This document shows positions 16,528 through 17,847 of a stretch of DNA of 17,847 nucleotides, piece by piece. Within the stretch, counting starts at the first letter, position 1. The number at the start of each line of letters is the position of its first letter. This DNA is from Thermoproteota archaeon (GTDB taxonomy: Archaea; Korarchaeota; Korarchaeia; Korarchaeales; Korarchaeaceae). The stretch covers positions 1-17,847 of the forward strand of contig JAOZFI010000004.1 of the NCBI GenBank assembly GCA_027491395.1, in the 5' to 3' direction. Below the pieces are notes generated by a model. The model was not told the origin of the DNA and made no database searches. It worked only from the letters and a program-made list of their open reading frames with translations. The translations under genes were made by a program, and so were the position numbers.

Positions 16528-16795
16528 TTCGGATGAGGGGGCTGAATGCCCTGAGGGGATGGAGGGTGGTTGTTGAGAGGGCCGCCTGCACCTTGCACGG
16601 GATACCGGGTGTGCTAGGTTAGGATGTTCGGATCCGTCTTACGCGCGATCCCATTCCTCTTAATGCGATTTCTGACGTCGTCAAGTACCAGCTTTAGATT
16701 TTTACTCATCGAATAACCCTAACATCGCCTCCACATCGTTTGTAGAGCTATAGCATGGAGATCCTAAGTTCAGCGATAAGTTCACACATCTCCGA
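16524..16795 (+). pseudogene. Decayed MNT nucleotidyltransferase gene
   Basis: Fragments appear in the expected order across frameshifts: MIRMRGLNALRGWRVVVERAA, VRMFGSVLR (16618-16644), AISDVV (16665-16682), LHIV (16729-16740) and KFSDKFTHL. This matches archaeal MNTs (W...V..A...VFGSVLRG..SDIDV..ELHIV..W..RFxDK). Confidence 0.7.
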
Positions 16796-16809
16796 TCGAA
16801 CAACCGTTT

Positions 16810-17214
16810 CTAGCCCACCAGAACTACTCTCCTCTTCAGGTTCGGTGGGAGCCTCTCGTACAGCTTCCTGTCCGTCGTGACCAGGCTAGTGTCCAGCTGT
16901 AAAGCTAGAGACAAGAAGAGGGCATCATATAACGTTATCCCTAGATTCACAGCCAGCTCCATTGAATGCAAGAGCAGCTCATCAGAGCCGTACACTTTGG
17001 ATGATCTTATCAGGGCCCTGAGCAGGTCAGTCCTCTTTTCAACATCCTCCTTCACTATCCTACCCATCCTCATATGCTTCCAGAGCACATTTCCCGCCTC
17101 AGCAAAGGCTATATCGACCGTGGCCCTGTCCTCCAATAGGTACTCCCTGCACTCCTCGTAGAACTCGTCCTTCACTATCACGCTGGCGAATACGCTGGAA
17201 TCAATGACCAGCAT
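16810..17214 (-). CDS. vapC: VapC PIN-domain ribonuclease toxin
   Basis: VIDSSV, AEAGNVLWK, ITLYDALFLSLA and LVTTDRKL motifs. Confidence 0.93.
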   Translation of the reverse strand: MLVIDSSVFASVIVKDEFYEECREYLLEDRATVDIAFAEAGNVLWKHMRMGRIVKEDVEKRTDLLRALIRSSKVYGSDELLLHSMELAVNLGITLYDALFLSLALQLDTSLVTTDRKLYERLPPNLKRRVVLVG

Positions 17215-17431
17215 CCCTGTCCTCTCTTATCAACTTCCATGAGGGTGCTTCACTCGGCTTCAAGCCTTTATTGAGCTCATCTATCTCGGCCAAAATCTCC
17301 TGAGTTTCGAGTTGCCTTATCTTACTTTCTATCGCCTCTAGAACGACCTCCCTCCAGTTCACGTCCCTGTACTTCCTCACCTTCTCCCTCAACCTCTTGG
17401 GAATTCTGACGCTTATCACATCGGATGACAT
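17201..17431 (-). CDS. vapB: VapB antitoxin (RHH type)
   Basis: SDVISVRIPKRLREKV....VNWREVV..AIE...SWKLIREDRD. The gene overlaps vapC. Confidence 0.92.
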   Translation of the reverse strand: MSSDVISVRIPKRLREKVRKYRDVNWREVVLEAIESKIRQLETQEILAEIDELNKGLKPSEAPSWKLIREDRDAGH

Positions 17432-17465
17432 TGTGTATTCTAACTGTATACATTATATAAACACA
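17432..17465. promoter_or_regulatory. Symmetric operator overlapping the vapBC TATA box
   Basis: Central palindrome TGTATACA (17445-17452), flanked at exactly symmetric positions by TGTGT (17432-17436) and ACACA (17461-17465). The minus-strand TTTATATA (17461-17454) lies 30 nt before ATG 17431. Confidence 0.65.
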
Positions 17466-17484
17466 TGGGGAAAGAGCCGGGGGG

Positions 17485-17635
17485 ATGGATGAAATAAGTG
17501 AAGTAGTGAAGTTATGAGAGAAGCTTTAAAGAGAGTGGAAAGGAGAGAAGAGCTCTAAACTGAGGAAGACTAGCGAGATTCTCAGCAGGATCACCTCCGA
17601 GGAAATAATAAAATCAATAAGGAAGAGCAAAAATG
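17485..17635 (+). pseudogene. Decayed VapB-type antitoxin gene
   Basis: Fragments MDEISEV / SEVMREALKRVERREEL* / KLRKTSEILSRITSEEIIKSIRKSK resemble archaeal VapB (..NWSEVIR.A......EEIVKSIRESR). There is no N-terminal beta-strand and no recognisable vapC downstream. Confidence 0.6.
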
Positions 17636-17758
17636 GATCGCGCGCTCCCCCTGTCGTCCATCTCCACGATGTGGGTAGATATCAGTATAATCCCACATAT
17701 TGGAAATAGGAAATGTCCCACTAATGGGTCTCGTCTCGAGGAGCTCGTGGCCAAGTGA

Positions 17759-17847
17759 TTATTTGACTGGGATCCATCCCCTCTTATCCCTCTTGACCCT
17801 TCTCCTCTTGATTTCCTCCTCTACCATTCCCTTAATTTTACCGTATA
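17759..17847 (-). CDS. 3' end of an unidentified gene entering from the right edge
   Basis: Open frame YGKIKGMVEEEIKRRRVKRDKRGWIPVK-TAA with host-like purine-rich codons. Confidence 0.55.
   Translation of the reverse strand, partial: YGKIKGMVEEEIKRRRVKRDKRGWIPVK

Noticed and set aside
17669-17698. ATGTGGG/CCCACAT hairpin
   Set aside because: A 7-bp stem with a weak interior. It could be a terminator, but it cannot be distinguished from chance.
1-17847. CRISPR array, tRNA/rRNA, IS element or provirus
   Set aside because: No regularly spaced repeats, cloverleaf/TPsiC signatures, transposase, integrase or viral structural genes were seen.

Overview
Archaeal genomic DNA, probably from a thermophile. 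It shows heavy AGG/ATA codon use and TATA boxes about 27-31 nt before start codons. A Korarchaeia-like origin is only an impression. The window is an accessory region dense in toxin-antitoxin (TA) and defence-type genes, interleaved with cell-surface genes. Intact genes: the 3' part of a Hef/FANCM-like SF2 helicase ending in a winged helix instead of an ERCC4 nuclease, an MNT-HEPN pair, a large membrane-anchored putative glycoside hydrolase, a NifX/MTH1175-like protein with a Gly/Arg/Trp tail, a short PQQ-like propeller protein, a YbaK/EbsC deacylase, a membrane-anchored surface protein, an MFS transporter, two vapBC operons, an orphan Pol-beta-like nucleotidyltransferase, an Ig-repeat CFI-box-CTERM surface protein, a GT2 glycosyltransferase and hypothetical proteins. 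Manual translation shows that several intergenic spacers hold decayed genes not recognisable from the ORF track: a broken AAA_14/DUF4143 ATPase, a decayed HEPN-MNT operon, a vapB relic, and possible PaREP1 and MNT relics. The most notable signal is an MNT-HEPN pair in which the antitoxin lacks the GSX10DXD catalytic motif and the toxin keeps RX4H but lacks the AMPylated Tyr. No rRNA, tRNA, CRISPR array or transposase was seen. All family assignments come from motif recognition by eye, not database searches.
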